A stretch of DNA of 64,000 nucleotides from an uncultured Actinomycetota bacterium (GTDB taxonomy: Bacteria; Actinomycetota; Acidimicrobiia; Acidimicrobiales; RAAP-2), in assembly GCA_963830195.1 (NCBI GenBank), contig CAWHLQ010000020.1, positions 782 through 64,781 of the forward strand. The letters run 5' to 3'. Below the pieces are notes generated by a model. The model saw only the letters and a list, made by a program, of their open reading frames with translations. It did not search any database and was not told the origin of the DNA. Both the position numbers and the translations under genes were made by a program. Numbering within the stretch: position 1 is the first letter of the stretch; each line of letters begins with the position of its first letter. Below, one piece after another: positions 39,605 to 50,436 of the stretch.

Positions 39605-39984
39605 GCCAACTCCTCACCCAGATTCGTGATTCGGAAGATAACAGACGGCCTCGTTCGACCCCGGGTCGCAGGACCGCGACGTGACGCAGCGAGCGCGCGG
39701 CGCGCGGTCCCGCGTTCTCGATCGTGAGTGTCGCGGGTTCGTTCACGGTGGTCGCGGTGAGCCAGATCGGCGAGAGAATAGAGGTTGCCTCGCTGCAGCA
39801 CGTGGTGTGTCGCCTCGTCCTTCGTGGCGACACCGGTGACGAGGTTGACCACTTTCTCCCGACGTTGGCCGACGACGTCGAGTGACGACTCCGCCCGCCA
39901 CGCGTGTGGCGACGTGGTCGCCCCGGGCGGACGAACGAGACAGGTCGTGGTCAGAGTACGTGCCTCGCGAACTACGATTCGCCA

Positions 39985-40752
39985 ATGTCGGTGCCCGCGG
40001 AATCGGTCGCGTCAGACCGAGGGGACCAGCTCACGGCGCCGCCCCGGGGCCACCGGCGACGATCGACCCGCGTGATCCGTCGGCGACGGCGACTGGCGAT
40101 CGTCGTGATGATGACGGCGGCTCTCGTGATCGCGGTGATCATCATCCCTCGCGCGCAGGCACCCGCACCGCCGGTTCCAGGCAAGAAGGGCATTGACGTG
40201 TCGTCGCATCAAGTCTCCATCAACTGGCAACTCGTGGCCGGCGACGGCGTGGCCTTCACCTATATCAAGGCGACGGAAGGAACGAACTACGTCAACCCGT
40301 TCTTTCTCAGTGACTGGACCAGTGCACGCCAGAACGGCGTCCGCACGGGCGCGTACCATTTCTTCTCCCTGTGCACCCCCGGGGCCGCCCAGGCGGAGAA
40401 CTTCCTGCGAGTGGTGCCCCGTGACTCGTCGTCGCTACCTCCCGCGGTCGATCTCGAACTGTCCACTGACTGCCTCGCACGACCGCGCGCGGCCACCTTC
40501 AAGAACCAGCTGGACACCTTCATCCACCGCGTCGAGCGCGCCACCCACAAGGGAGTCGTCTACTACGTCGGCAGTGACCTGCCCGCCGCGTACGCCGCCG
40601 CCGTTCCCCGGCACGCGCGGCTGTGGCTCTACAACTCGCCGGGCCCACCCGCCAGTCACCGCTGGGTGATATGGCAAAAGAGCGCGACGGCACACATCAA
40701 CGGCATCGCGGGCAACGTCGATCTCGACGAGGAACGCCTGTTGTTCAAGTAG
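39985..40752 (+). CDS. GH25 lysozyme (muramidase), membrane-anchored
   Basis: GIDVSSHQ, IKATEG, GAYHFF, PPAVDLE, WQ and VDLD. Confidence 0.92.
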   Translation: MSVPAESVASDRGDQLTAPPRGHRRRSTRVIRRRRRLAIVVMMTAALVIAVIIIPRAQAPAPPVPGKKGIDVSSHQVSINWQLVAGDGVAFTYIKATEGTNYVNPFFLSDWTSARQNGVRTGAYHFFSLCTPGAAQAENFLRVVPRDSSSLPPAVDLELSTDCLARPRAATFKNQLDTFIHRVERATHKGVVYYVGSDLPAAYAAAVPRHARLWLYNSPGPPASHRWVIWQKSATAHINGIAGNVDLDEERLLFK

Positions 40753-41676
40753 GCGCGTTCGACGCGAGTGCGCGCGTGACGCACCGCGGGAGTTGACGAG
40801 GGTGCAGGGTGTACACCACCGCGACGCAGCCGTACCACTGGGTGGTGCGAAGGGTCTGCGTCCCAGCCACGCGGCCGCGCACGCGCCAGACCCACTCTCC
40901 ACGCACGCCCCGGGGCGCGCCGTACATCTCCGTCATCGTGGCCGCGAACGCCCCCCGGCTCCACGTAGCCCCGATCGAGGTCCGCCAACGCAATGACGCG
41001 GGGCGTGACGACACTGGAGACGCCCCAGTCAGTGAATTGCTGTCCCACCAGAGCGAGCTGTCGCGAGGTGAGAGCCGGCTCGCCGAAATTGGAGAGAGGC
41101 TCAGCAGCTGGCGCACGACCACCTCCCGGTCGGTGCCAGAGCGCGCTTGGGGGCCCCATCCACCCACCAGCTCGTAGTCAAAGGAACTGGTCGCCTGCTG
41201 GACGAGGCCGCGCGCGGACTGGGCGAAGGGGTACGTCACCAGACGCGCGTCGGTCACTCTCGCCGCTTCGACGTCGACGGCGGCGTCGGCGGTGATGCTC
41301 TGGGACACCACGCGCATGCCCGCCATCTGAACGGTGAGTTGGCCGAACGCGAGCAGCGGGAACAGCGCGGCCACGGGGCCGAGGAGCCACGTCACGGGCG
41401 CGACGACGATCGCGAGACCGACGGACGTGGTGTTCGCCAACAGATTGACGCCGCCGGGGGACCACGCCGCGGCGGTGAAGAAGGGATTTTGAAGTGCGAC
41501 AGCGCGTGCGCAACCCAACCGTTCGCCCAGATGGGAAACGACGCGTCACCCTCGATCCACACGGTGTGATGCAGCGGACCAGAGACGATCACCGGCCAGA
41601 GAATCGCTGCGGATACAATGACGTAGGACGCTGCAGCGATGAGCCATCGGCCCCCCACACTCCTCCACCCCAACAT
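40745..41676 (-). pseudogene. Multi-pass membrane protein (glycosyltransferase-C-like), frameshifted and apparently internally deleted
   Basis: GD....W...W.AHAL...QNPFFT.....P.GVNLLANT, then an abrupt jump to a C-terminal YPFA...QQA...LVGG.GP region. Confidence 0.5.
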
Positions 41677-41795
41677 CGACGCACTGTTCCGAAAACGGTC
41701 GTGGGCAACCGCGATCCACATCCCCGCGGGTATCGCGCGACGCGACTGTTCCACGCGACCGTCGACGGACGGAAGAACTGCTAGACACACTCGAC

Positions 41796-42677
41796 ATGGA
41801 CTCGTCCGCACCTCTCCGCGTGGGTGTGGTCGGTGCCGGACCGTGGGCGACATTGGTGCACGCCCCGATGTTCCACGCCAACGCCCGCTCGAGCGTCGCC
41901 GGGGTTTGGGCGCGCCGCGCTGACGCGGGCCGCACGCTCGCCGATGCGCACGGCGCTACCTACTATCAGGACTTCGACGAGCTCTGCCAGAACTGTGACG
42001 CGCTCACCTTCTGTGTCCCGCCCGACGTCCAAGCTGAGCTCGCCTTGCGAGGTGCTCACTTCGTGAAGGCGATGCTGCTCGAAAAGCCCGTCTCACTCCG
42101 TGTCGACGCGGCACGCCAGCTCGCCGCGGCCGTGGTGGACGCGGGTGTCGTCACCCAGCTCGTGTTGACGTGGCGTTACGCCCAGGTGGTCCGCGACTTC
42201 CTCGACCAGTTGACGGGTGAGAGGGTCGTGGGTGCCCGCGGCGTCTTCGTCAGCAACATGCTGCGCGACCCGACCTTCGGAACGCCGTGGCGACTCGAAC
42301 ACGGCCCTCTCCTGGACCTCGGTCCTCACCTGGTGGATCTCCTCGAGGCGACCGTCGGACCGATCACCACCCTCACCGCGCGCGGCGAGCGACTCGGATG
42401 GATCTCGCTGATCGCCGAGCACCAGGGAGGCGAGGTGAGTGAGGCGTCCCTCTTCGCTCGTTCGAGCGTGTCGGGGGGCGTGCAGGGTGTTGAGGTCTAT
42501 ACCGAGAGCTCCGTACTTCGACTTGACACGGCGTCGTCATACAGTGCGGCGACGTTCGCGACGATCGCCGACGACTTCATCGACGCGGTTCGAACGGGTC
42601 ATTCGCCACCTCTCGACGTCCATCACGGTCTCCACCTTCAAGAACTGCTCTCGCAGGCGGAATCGCAGCTGACGTAG
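41796..42677 (+). CDS. Gfo/Idh/MocA oxidoreductase
   Basis: GVVGAGPWA, VPPDVQ, LEKP and LDLGPH. Confidence 0.9.
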   Translation: MDSSAPLRVGVVGAGPWATLVHAPMFHANARSSVAGVWARRADAGRTLADAHGATYYQDFDELCQNCDALTFCVPPDVQAELALRGAHFVKAMLLEKPVSLRVDAARQLAAAVVDAGVVTQLVLTWRYAQVVRDFLDQLTGERVVGARGVFVSNMLRDPTFGTPWRLEHGPLLDLGPHLVDLLEATVGPITTLTARGERLGWISLIAEHQGGEVSEASLFARSSVSGGVQGVEVYTESSVLRLDTASSYSAATFATIADDFIDAVRTGHSPPLDVHHGLHLQELLSQAESQLT

Positions 42678-42767
42678 AGGGATCTCTGGCGACAACGATT
42701 CGGGAGTAGCCGCCGGGTGGCGCGTGTGTCACAAATTCGTTCCGGGGATTGATTCGACTTCGGGACT

Positions 42768-43181
42768 GTGCCAGAGTTTGTTGTTATGCGACGACTTGCC
42801 GGAGCGAGTTCGTGGGTGATGACGGTTCTCGTCGCCGCCACACTCACGGCGTCGATTGTCGCGATGAACATTCATCACAGCGTGACCGCGCCCCTGTCGT
42901 TCAAGCCCGCGCCGACGACGGCCGTCACCACGACGACCGCGCCACCTTCTCACTCGTCGAGCACGCCCCCTACGGTGCCTCCCACGACGACACCCTCGTC
43001 GACGTCGCCGATCACGACCACGCCGACGGGCACGAACACGACCGTGACCACGACGACCACGGTGGGTTCGACGACCACGACCACGTTGGGCACCACCACG
43101 ACAACCACGACCTTTCCCCAGGGTGATGACGGAGGAGACGGAAACGGTGGCGGAAGCGATGACGGCGCGGGCGACCACTGA
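42768..43181 (+). CDS. Thr/Ser/Pro-rich exported low-complexity protein
   Basis: Hydrophobic N-terminus, Thr tracts, acidic Gly tail. Confidence 0.55.
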   Translation: MPEFVVMRRLAGASSWVMTVLVAATLTASIVAMNIHHSVTAPLSFKPAPTTAVTTTTAPPSHSSSTPPTVPPTTTPSSTSPITTTPTGTNTTVTTTTTVGSTTTTTLGTTTTTTTFPQGDDGGDGNGGGSDDGAGDH

Positions 43182-43221
43182 TGGGTGACCGGCCACCGCG
43201 TCTCGTGGGCGGTCGCTGATC

Positions 43222-43665
43222 GTGCGCGTCGGACCACGAAGCACCCGACAACGCGATCGACGACTCGTTCGCGTCCGAGGGGCGGCGCAGGCGACGTTCG
43301 TGGTCGCGTCCGTGTCGACGGGCATCATCGTCGTGTGGGCCGCCAACACGACGCAGCTGGCCAACAGTGCAGTCGTCATACCGACAACGACGACCACGGC
43401 TCCCGCCACGACCACCGTGCCCGCGACATCCGGGGGAAGTCGTCCGCACTCGTCTCCCGGATCCCGTCACCCGTCACCTCCGCCGTCCGGCACGCCGACG
43501 CCGACCACGCAGCCGTCCTCAACTCCGACGACGACGCCAGTTCGTAGCGTGCCCACGACGGTTCCGACGACCGTCGCGCCGGTCACCACGACCACGCTGG
43601 CTCCCGTCACCACGACCACGACGTGTTACACATCGCCGAGTGGTTTGCGGACGGTGTGCTACTGA
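43222..43665 (+). CDS. Thr/Pro-rich membrane-anchored protein with C-terminal Cys pair
   Basis: TM segment, TTTT tracts, CYTSPSG..VCY end. Confidence 0.55.
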   Translation: MRVGPRSTRQRDRRLVRVRGAAQATFVVASVSTGIIVVWAANTTQLANSAVVIPTTTTTAPATTTVPATSGGSRPHSSPGSRHPSPPPSGTPTPTTQPSSTPTTTPVRSVPTTVPTTVAPVTTTTLAPVTTTTTCYTSPSGLRTVCY

Positions 43666-44205
43666 CCACCCGAATACGGCGTCGGCTCGTTCGCCATTGC
43701 CACGCGTCACCCACGACGCGGCGGTCGAACATCGACGTCACGAGGTCGTCACCCCGGGGTGGTCACGCGAGCGTCGCGCGATCCAGACGTTCCGCCACGT
43801 CACGCCCCCGTTCGTCGAGGAGGCGAGCAGACCGTCCGCCTCGACGCAGTGCGACGCGGTAGGACACGACGGTGAGAGCCCATCACCGGGAGCGAGCCCG
43901 AGGGAGTTCGCGACGACATCGGGCACCGACCACGGTGAGCGCGGTGGCGAATCGGAGCTCGACGCCTCCGAGAGCGCCGCAACCGAGACGGTCATCACGA
44001 CCATGGGCAGGACGAGGAGTTCGGGAATCAGCACGCGCCGGGGCGACATCACTGGAATCATCGCATCTCGTCTCTCCGTTGGGATGGGTAGATCGAGTGA
44101 TCGGACTGTGGTCGGTCGTCACCGACAGGTCGACACTCGAGCACCGTGGTTCTAGGGTGGTCACGAAGGTGTCACCCCTCGTCGCCGTGTGAAAGGTGCC
44201 AAGAC

Positions 44206-44667
44206 ATGACCACGCAACGACCGACGTTGTACGAGTTCGCCGGAGGCGCCCCGGCGATGGATCGGCTGGTCGTCGCACTCCACGACCGCTGCCTCGCTGA
44301 TGAGATGCTGAACCACCCGTTCTCGCACGAAGGTGATCCCGATCACCTCGCACACCTGGCGGCCTACCTCGGCGAGGCTCTCGGTGGCCCCCCGACCTAC
44401 TCGTCGTCACTCGGTGGGCAGTCCGCCATGATCACGATCCACACCGCGACTGGAGCGTACGACGAGATGGCCACGCGATTCGTCACCTGCTTCGACCTCG
44501 CCGTCGACGACGCGGGTTGGCCGGACGATCCGGAGTTTCGTGCGGTGCTGCACGAGTACATGGTGTGGGCGTCGGCCGACGTGCAGCGGTACGCACCGCT
44601 CGATGCCACGGCGCCCGGACCGCTACCGTTTCCGCGCTGGTCGTGGAACGGTCGCCAGACCGACTGA
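44206..44667 (+). CDS. Group II truncated hemoglobin-like protein
   Basis: TLYEFAGG, L.HPF, H...LAAYLGEALGGP.TYS and Y..WA. Confidence 0.85.
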   Translation: MTTQRPTLYEFAGGAPAMDRLVVALHDRCLADEMLNHPFSHEGDPDHLAHLAAYLGEALGGPPTYSSSLGGQSAMITIHTATGAYDEMATRFVTCFDLAVDDAGWPDDPEFRAVLHEYMVWASADVQRYAPLDATAPGPLPFPRWSWNGRQTD

Positions 44668-44876
44668 CGTGGTCTCGTCAGTCCGCAACGCGACGTCGTC
44701 CCTGCAGTCGCTCGAGACTCGTGAGCGCTTCTCAGAACTGTGGCGGATCCTTCCGCATCACCGCGGCGTGCGTCTCTCCGACACGAGACGTCGCCGCGAT
44801 GAGTCCACACGGAGAGTGCGCAACTCCTCTCGTCATCTCGTCGGACACGCGCGCCCGACGTCACCATGAAATGACG

Positions 44877-46961
44877 TCAGCTCACGAACGTGCCGTCGAC
44901 CAACGTCCAACCGGTCGGGAGTTCGGAGGGTGTCCCGGTCAGGGACCCTGACACCACGCCACCTAAGTTCGCACCCGCGAAGTTGGTCCCCCCGACGTTG
45001 CAGCCCGCAAGATCGGCGCTGCCCAAGTTGGCGTTCGTCAATGACGCACCCGCGAGGTCAGCCTCGGTGAGGTTCGCGCCCGAGAGGTCGGCACCCGTGA
45101 GATCCACTCCCGACAGATCGGCACTGGCGAGATCGGCACTGGCGAGATCAGATCCCGGTCCCGCGAGATAGCCCGCGACCAACGTCCACTCGGGCGGCAG
45201 CGACGCTGGTGTTCCCACGACACCACCGGACGTCGCGCCCACGAGATCAGCGCTCGCGAGCGACGCACCCTCGAGGTCACTTCCCGCCAGATTCGAACCT
45301 TGGAGATTCGTGCTCGTGGCCGTCACGCCGATGAGATCGGCATTGGTCACGTTGGCGTTCAGGAGATCCGCACCGGTGAGATTGGCGCCCACGATGTCGG
45401 CGCCCGACAGATCGGCCCCGGAGAGATTGACGTCCGAAAGGTTGACGCCCGCGAGGCTCGCGCCCGAGAGATCGGCGTGTGGTCCCACGAGATATCCACT
45501 CGCCACGATCCATCCGGAAGGAAGTGAAGAAGGTGTCCCGACAATTCCACCGGAGGCGACGTCGTTCAGAATTGTCGTGCTGAGGAGCGCCCCCGAGAGA
45601 TTGGAACCGGTCAGTGATGCGCCCGTCGTATCGGCGCCCAACAAGTTCGTGTTGGAGAGGTCGGCGACCGAGAGGTTCGCGTTCGCGAGATTGGCGTTCG
45701 AGAAATATGTTCCGGTCAATGTCGCGCCGGAGAAGTCGTCGCCAATCAGATCCAACCCACTCAAGGACTGACCCGCCAGGTCCGCTCCCGCCAACTCTGC
45801 GTCCGGACCCACGAAGTATCCATTGATCAAGTGCCAGCCGGAGGGAACGGAGGTCGGCGTTCCAACCACGTCGCCGGACGTCACGCGGGTGAGCGTGGCA
45901 CCGCTGAGGTTCGTTCCCGACAGTGTTGCTCCCGTCATGAGTGCGTTGAACAGATTCGATCCGGCGAGGTCCGCACCGCGAAGATCAGCGTCCTGAAAGT
46001 CCGCCCCCGACAAGCTGACGCCCGACAGCGTCGCACCGACGAGATTCGCACTCGGTCCCACGAGATAGCCGCTCTTCAACGTCCAATTGGTGGGGAGTGC
46101 GGCAGGGACACCCTGCACCCCTCCCGAGATCACGCCCGTGAATGTTGCCGCCGCCAGGTCCGCGCCCGAGAGTGTGGCGTTGGTGAATGTGGCACCCGCG
46201 ACGTCGACGTGCGTCAGACTCAAATCACTGAGATCTGCCCCCCTCAGGTTCGCCGTGGGTCCAAGCAGGTAACCGCCCAGGTCGCTGAAACCCGCGGGCA
46301 AGGAGGTCGGAGCGCCCACGTTGCCGCTCGACGTGACGTTGGTCAACGTGGCCGCGCGCAGCCGGGTCCCGGTCAATGTGGAATTGGTGACTGTCGCGTC
46401 CGTCAACGTCGCGTAGGTGAGATTGTCGTTCGCCAGGTTGACGCCTCGGAGGACAGCTCCGGTGAAATCGCAGCCGGCGTAGTTGTGATTCTGTCGCGTG
46501 ATGCGAGAGCAAAAGGCGGGACCGCCGGAGACCGTGACGCTGACCGACTGACGCGTCACCAACCCGGACGTAGCCCCCGTCACTTGGACCGTCAGCGTAT
46601 AGATCTGGGACTTCGACGACGGATTGGGAGGGAGCGTCGCCATCGTCGCGACGGTCCCACTCGAACAACTGATCGCCGACTTCGTTGCGATCACGACCGA
46701 TGGCGATGACTTGAACAGACACGACTTGCCACCGCTGACAGTGGCCGACACCTTCACAGGTCCGCCCAACACCCCCACGTTGGTGATCGACACCGAGACC
46801 GTCGCCGAGGGCGCCGCGGAGCTCTTTGGAGCTGACGCCGACGCGCTGACCGCAGGCATCGCGATCGAGGCACACAGCATCGCGAGTCCTACAATCCCGC
46901 GCCGACGGCGCGCCGACGACCCTCTCGAGGAAATGCCCGTTACTGACGCATGACTCACCAT
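44877..46961 (-). CDS. Secreted pentapeptide repeat protein with six inserted GxPxxLPxGWxL modules
   Basis: Signal peptide, Ig-like N-domain, A(D/N)LxG repeats. Confidence 0.85.
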   Translation of the reverse strand: MVSHASVTGISSRGSSARRRRGIVGLAMLCASIAMPAVSASASAPKSSAAPSATVSVSITNVGVLGGPVKVSATVSGGKSCLFKSSPSVVIATKSAISCSSGTVATMATLPPNPSSKSQIYTLTVQVTGATSGLVTRQSVSVTVSGGPAFCSRITRQNHNYAGCDFTGAVLRGVNLANDNLTYATLTDATVTNSTLTGTRLRAATLTNVTSSGNVGAPTSLPAGFSDLGGYLLGPTANLRGADLSDLSLTHVDVAGATFTNATLSGADLAAATFTGVISGGVQGVPAALPTNWTLKSGYLVGPSANLVGATLSGVSLSGADFQDADLRGADLAGSNLFNALMTGATLSGTNLSGATLTRVTSGDVVGTPTSVPSGWHLINGYFVGPDAELAGADLAGQSLSGLDLIGDDFSGATLTGTYFSNANLANANLSVADLSNTNLLGADTTGASLTGSNLSGALLSTTILNDVASGGIVGTPSSLPSGWIVASGYLVGPHADLSGASLAGVNLSDVNLSGADLSGADIVGANLTGADLLNANVTNADLIGVTATSTNLQGSNLAGSDLEGASLASADLVGATSGGVVGTPASLPPEWTLVAGYLAGPGSDLASADLASADLSGVDLTGADLSGANLTEADLAGASLTNANLGSADLAGCNVGGTNFAGANLGGVVSGSLTGTPSELPTGWTLVDGTFVS

Positions 46962-47129
46962 CTCGCCCTCCGCAAAGTCGTCCAGGCACTGCGCCAAATT
47001 GGTGTCGGTAATATTCCCATGCGTCGCACGCAATGTGGCGCATTGTGGCCAGAGGTACTGGTGCAGAACGTTCCTCCTCTTCCACGTTTGCGTAACCCCA
47101 TACAGTGTCGCGAAGGAAAGTGGTGGGAG

Positions 47130-47588
47130 ATGCACGAGTTCACAATCGTTCGCGAATTCTCGTATCCACTCGACACCGTGTGGCGCACAATGACGGATCC
47201 GGATCTGGTGAGTCAGTGGACCGTCGTGGGCCGAGGAGGTCGACCGGTCGGCTTCGTGCCCGAGGTCGGGACACGGTTTCAACTCGTCGGCAAGCCCCTC
47301 TGGGGATGGAGAGGCATAGTTGACTGCGAGGTGCTGGACGTCGATAAGCCCAACCTCCTTCGCTACTCCTGGCAGGGTGAGGAAGGAGGCGCGATCACCA
47401 ACGTCTCCATTCGTTTGGAGTCCACCCGTTCGGGCACGCGACTCACTTTCACGCACACTGACTTTTCGGGGATCGGAGGCTTCTTCATGTCGCACATCCT
47501 TCTCACCGTTCGTACCAAGATGCTGGACAAGGGCGTTCCGCCGGTCTTGGCGAGTGTGGCGGAGGGGACGTCGACAGAGACTTCCTAG
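47130..47588 (+). CDS. SRPBCC/AHA1 domain protein
   Basis: VW..MTDP.L..QW, F.PEVG.RF, CEVL.VD.P..L.YSW and GTRLTF.H..F. Confidence 0.88.
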   Translation: MHEFTIVREFSYPLDTVWRTMTDPDLVSQWTVVGRGGRPVGFVPEVGTRFQLVGKPLWGWRGIVDCEVLDVDKPNLLRYSWQGEEGGAITNVSIRLESTRSGTRLTFTHTDFSGIGGFFMSHILLTVRTKMLDKGVPPVLASVAEGTSTETS

Positions 47589-47645
47589 TCACACGTCACG
47601 ACGGATCTCGCCGCTGACCTCTTCTCTCGGTTGTCCGAGGCACCC

Positions 47646-48212
47646 CTAGCTCACGGTTGACGTGCGATAGCGAAGGAAAACGACGCCACTGGAAAAGCGA
47701 CGCTCGTCGAGTAGCTCGAGGTCAATCCGGACGTCTCTGGGGAGAGTTGGTTTGCCGCCACCCACAACGATTGGCGTCACGAAGAGCTGGCACTCGTCGA
47801 CCAGCCCCGCTTTGAATGCGTGCGCCGCCAACGTGGGGCCGCTCACAGTGATGTCACGTTCCTGTGAGGACTTCAACTCTGCGATCAGGGTCGGGTCAAA
47901 CGCACGCTCGATGCGGGTATTGGCGCTCGACACCTTGTCCAGTGTGGAGGAGATGACGATCTTGTTGGCCGCTCGCCACGTCCTCGTGAAGTCATGAACC
48001 CACGCGGGATCGTCGTCACCAATCTGGACAGTCTCCCAATAGACCATCGTCTCGTACATTCGTCGCCCGTATAGGTTCGTGCCAACGGAACGTTCCAATT
48101 CATTGACGAAGACACACACGTCATCGTCAGGTCTCCCCCAGGTGAAGTCACCACTCGCGTCCTCGACGTAGCCGTCGAGCGACGTGATCATTGAGAAGAT
48201 CAATTTGGCCAT
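47646..48212 (-). CDS. Dihydrofolate reductase/RibD C-terminal family protein
   Basis: SLDGY, YGRRMYE, GP.LA and LVDE.QL.V.P.VVGGG. Confidence 0.9.
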   Translation of the reverse strand: MAKLIFSMITSLDGYVEDASGDFTWGRPDDDVCVFVNELERSVGTNLYGRRMYETMVYWETVQIGDDDPAWVHDFTRTWRAANKIVISSTLDKVSSANTRIERAFDPTLIAELKSSQERDITVSGPTLAAHAFKAGLVDECQLFVTPIVVGGGKPTLPRDVRIDLELLDERRFSSGVVFLRYRTSTVS

Positions 48213-48518
48213 TGCACCGGACTTTCGTAGCGTCGCGCTCGTGTCTAAAAGTAGCGTTCCACGGCTCTGGCGGCGACCAGTCCGACCTTGTCGGTACGCC
48301 GTCCCCGTGGTGCGATCGTTCTTCGCGGCACGACTTGGTCTCTGAATCAGCCTGCCGTGGCACGAGACTGCCAGAAGGACGGGCGCCCGTGCGGGCTCGC
48401 CAACTGTTGTCGCCAACGTCAAGATGCCGCACTCTCTCCGAACTGGTTCCAGCGAGCACAAGCGAACGGAGCGAGTGACCATCAGTTTCGCTACGATCAC
48501 CCGAAGCCGGAGGGACAC

Positions 48519-49145
48519 ATGGAGTGCATCGCGGGGCACCAGATTGGCGAGACTGACCGAATCTGCGGAACGTGTGGCTCGCCAGCACGTCAGACGAATC
48601 AGTGCATGCACGGGCACCCGGTCGCCCCCGGCGAACGGACGTGCTCGCAATGTGGTGTCTACATCCCAGGTTCTGCCGCCGTCGGAGCGCAGATGTCCCC
48701 TCCTCCTCCTACGTCGAAGAACGTTGCTGCGCTTCGAAATGTCGTGTCACGGCGCATCGCTGGTTGGCTCGTCATAGTCGGAAGCGTTCTTTTTCTCACC
48801 TCCGTCTTTCGACCCTGGTATGAGAACACGGGAGCACGCGTCGCTCTCGGACTCTTCGGTTACGTGATCGCCCTGCTTCTCGGACTGCTGATTCTCGCTT
48901 TCGGAGTGAGGGTGCTGTCACGGGCCATGACGGCAATGTCGATGGTCATCTTGTGGCTGCTGTCCGCGACGGCCGTCGTCGTCTTAATCTGGTTTCACCA
49001 TCAGGGTGAAGAGCAGGCACACGTACTTCGCGCGTTCGGGTACTCGGTCGGTCTGTCCTCCGGCTTTTACTTCGCGCTCGCGGGAGTCAGTGCCATTGTT
49101 CTGGGGGCCATCGTGATGCAGGCCACACTCATTCTCAACAGGTGA
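48519..49145 (+). CDS. Double zinc-ribbon membrane protein
   Basis: Two CxxGH...CxxCG units followed by four TM segments. Confidence 0.7.
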   Translation: MECIAGHQIGETDRICGTCGSPARQTNQCMHGHPVAPGERTCSQCGVYIPGSAAVGAQMSPPPPTSKNVAALRNVVSRRIAGWLVIVGSVLFLTSVFRPWYENTGARVALGLFGYVIALLLGLLILAFGVRVLSRAMTAMSMVILWLLSATAVVVLIWFHHQGEEQAHVLRAFGYSVGLSSGFYFALAGVSAIVLGAIVMQATLILNR

Positions 49146-49370
49146 CCGAGACTGCACAATGGGTTGAAGGACCGGTGACCACGACGACGTCATCACGCAC
49201 CGCACACGACGCGCTCGATCGTCATTCTCGTGACGGGAGGCACCACCAACGGGCCCGACGCCACGACGAGTCGTCCTGAGAGGACCTGTCTTCTGCGACG
49301 ATGGATGGCCGGTCGTCATGCGTGGGGCCAGATGGATCGTCCTCGTGACTCCGTCGAGCCGGCAGCGGTG

Positions 49371-49964
49371 TCAGCCGACGCCGTCACGCCACATTTTGAC
49401 CATGGGCGGTCCACCGTCGCAGACGTCGAAACTTCCAATGACCTGGAAACCCACCGACTGATATCGAGGCTCGTTCGACGGATTCGAACTTTCGAGATAG
49501 CACGGCATGCCCGTCTCATCAATCAGAGTCAAATCTCGTTGCAACAAGCTCATACCGATTCCGCGTCCGCGATGCGGCGTATCGGTCGCGAAGAGTGACA
49601 GATACCAGTGCGGCTCATGGGGATGCTCTTCGGTCACACGAGCAAAGAAGTCGTGGAGGAGCTCTTCACGACCGGGAACAATCACCGGGACAAGAGACAG
49701 CAACTCTTCAACTTTGCTGTCCGGCACCACGTCAACGTTGGGAGGCGACCACAAGCACAGTGACTCCATCTGAGGAGTCGCGTGCAGCCACCCGTGACCC
49801 ACTGAACATCGAGAGAGGAACAGGAAGAACACCTCCAGCTTCGAGAGTCGCGTCGTTGCGTCGTTGCAGAAGAAACTCCACACGGGGTCCAAGTCAAACG
49901 CCCGAGAGAACACCTGCGAGGCTTCGTTGATGTCGGAAGGAAGGACGACGCGAGTCATAGTCAT
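49371..49964 (-). CDS. GNAT N-acetyltransferase
   Basis: AF..DP, HWYL, RGRGIG, YLESSN..N...Y...GF. Confidence 0.88.
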   Translation of the reverse strand: MTMTRVVLPSDINEASQVFSRAFDLDPVWSFFCNDATTRLSKLEVFFLFLSRCSVGHGWLHATPQMESLCLWSPPNVDVVPDSKVEELLSLVPVIVPGREELLHDFFARVTEEHPHEPHWYLSLFATDTPHRGRGIGMSLLQRDLTLIDETGMPCYLESSNPSNEPRYQSVGFQVIGSFDVCDGGPPMVKMWRDGVG

Positions 49965-50436
49965 CTCACCATCTTGCATCAAGGAACCGAGCACACCTCG
50001 CGTCTCTTCGCTCGAGCGAATCGGAGTCCCGGGAGGTACGCGACACGGTCGAGACGGATCCTGACTGACAGTGCGTGACGTCACAGGGACGTCTCGGTTC
50101 CACGTTCGCGACCCGCGGTTGCGAGTCCCGTCGTCTGAGCGGCACGACGCCGTGGCGGACACACTTCAGTCAGACTGAGATGGACGACGACTGGTTGACG
50201 TGCACTCCTCATTGATGTGCCACGTCGCCACTCCCGAAACCCGCCGGTGACGTTCGCTCTCACAATGGAAACGTGCTGAATGGAAGCTGACTCGTTCGCA
50301 CGGTGATTTGAGCTCGCCGTGCGATGAACCGAAACGGCGTCTCGATGACGGGACATCGCCCCGCAAGGTCGTGAACGCCTGGCGCGTCGTCCGCCGTACT
50401 CTGATCACAACTGCTCTCGACGAATGGACGAACATC

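Noticed and set aside
46962-47495. N-terminal extension of the pentapeptide protein in the track
   Set aside because: Overlaps the divergent SRPBCC gene; the signal peptide follows the ATG at 46961.
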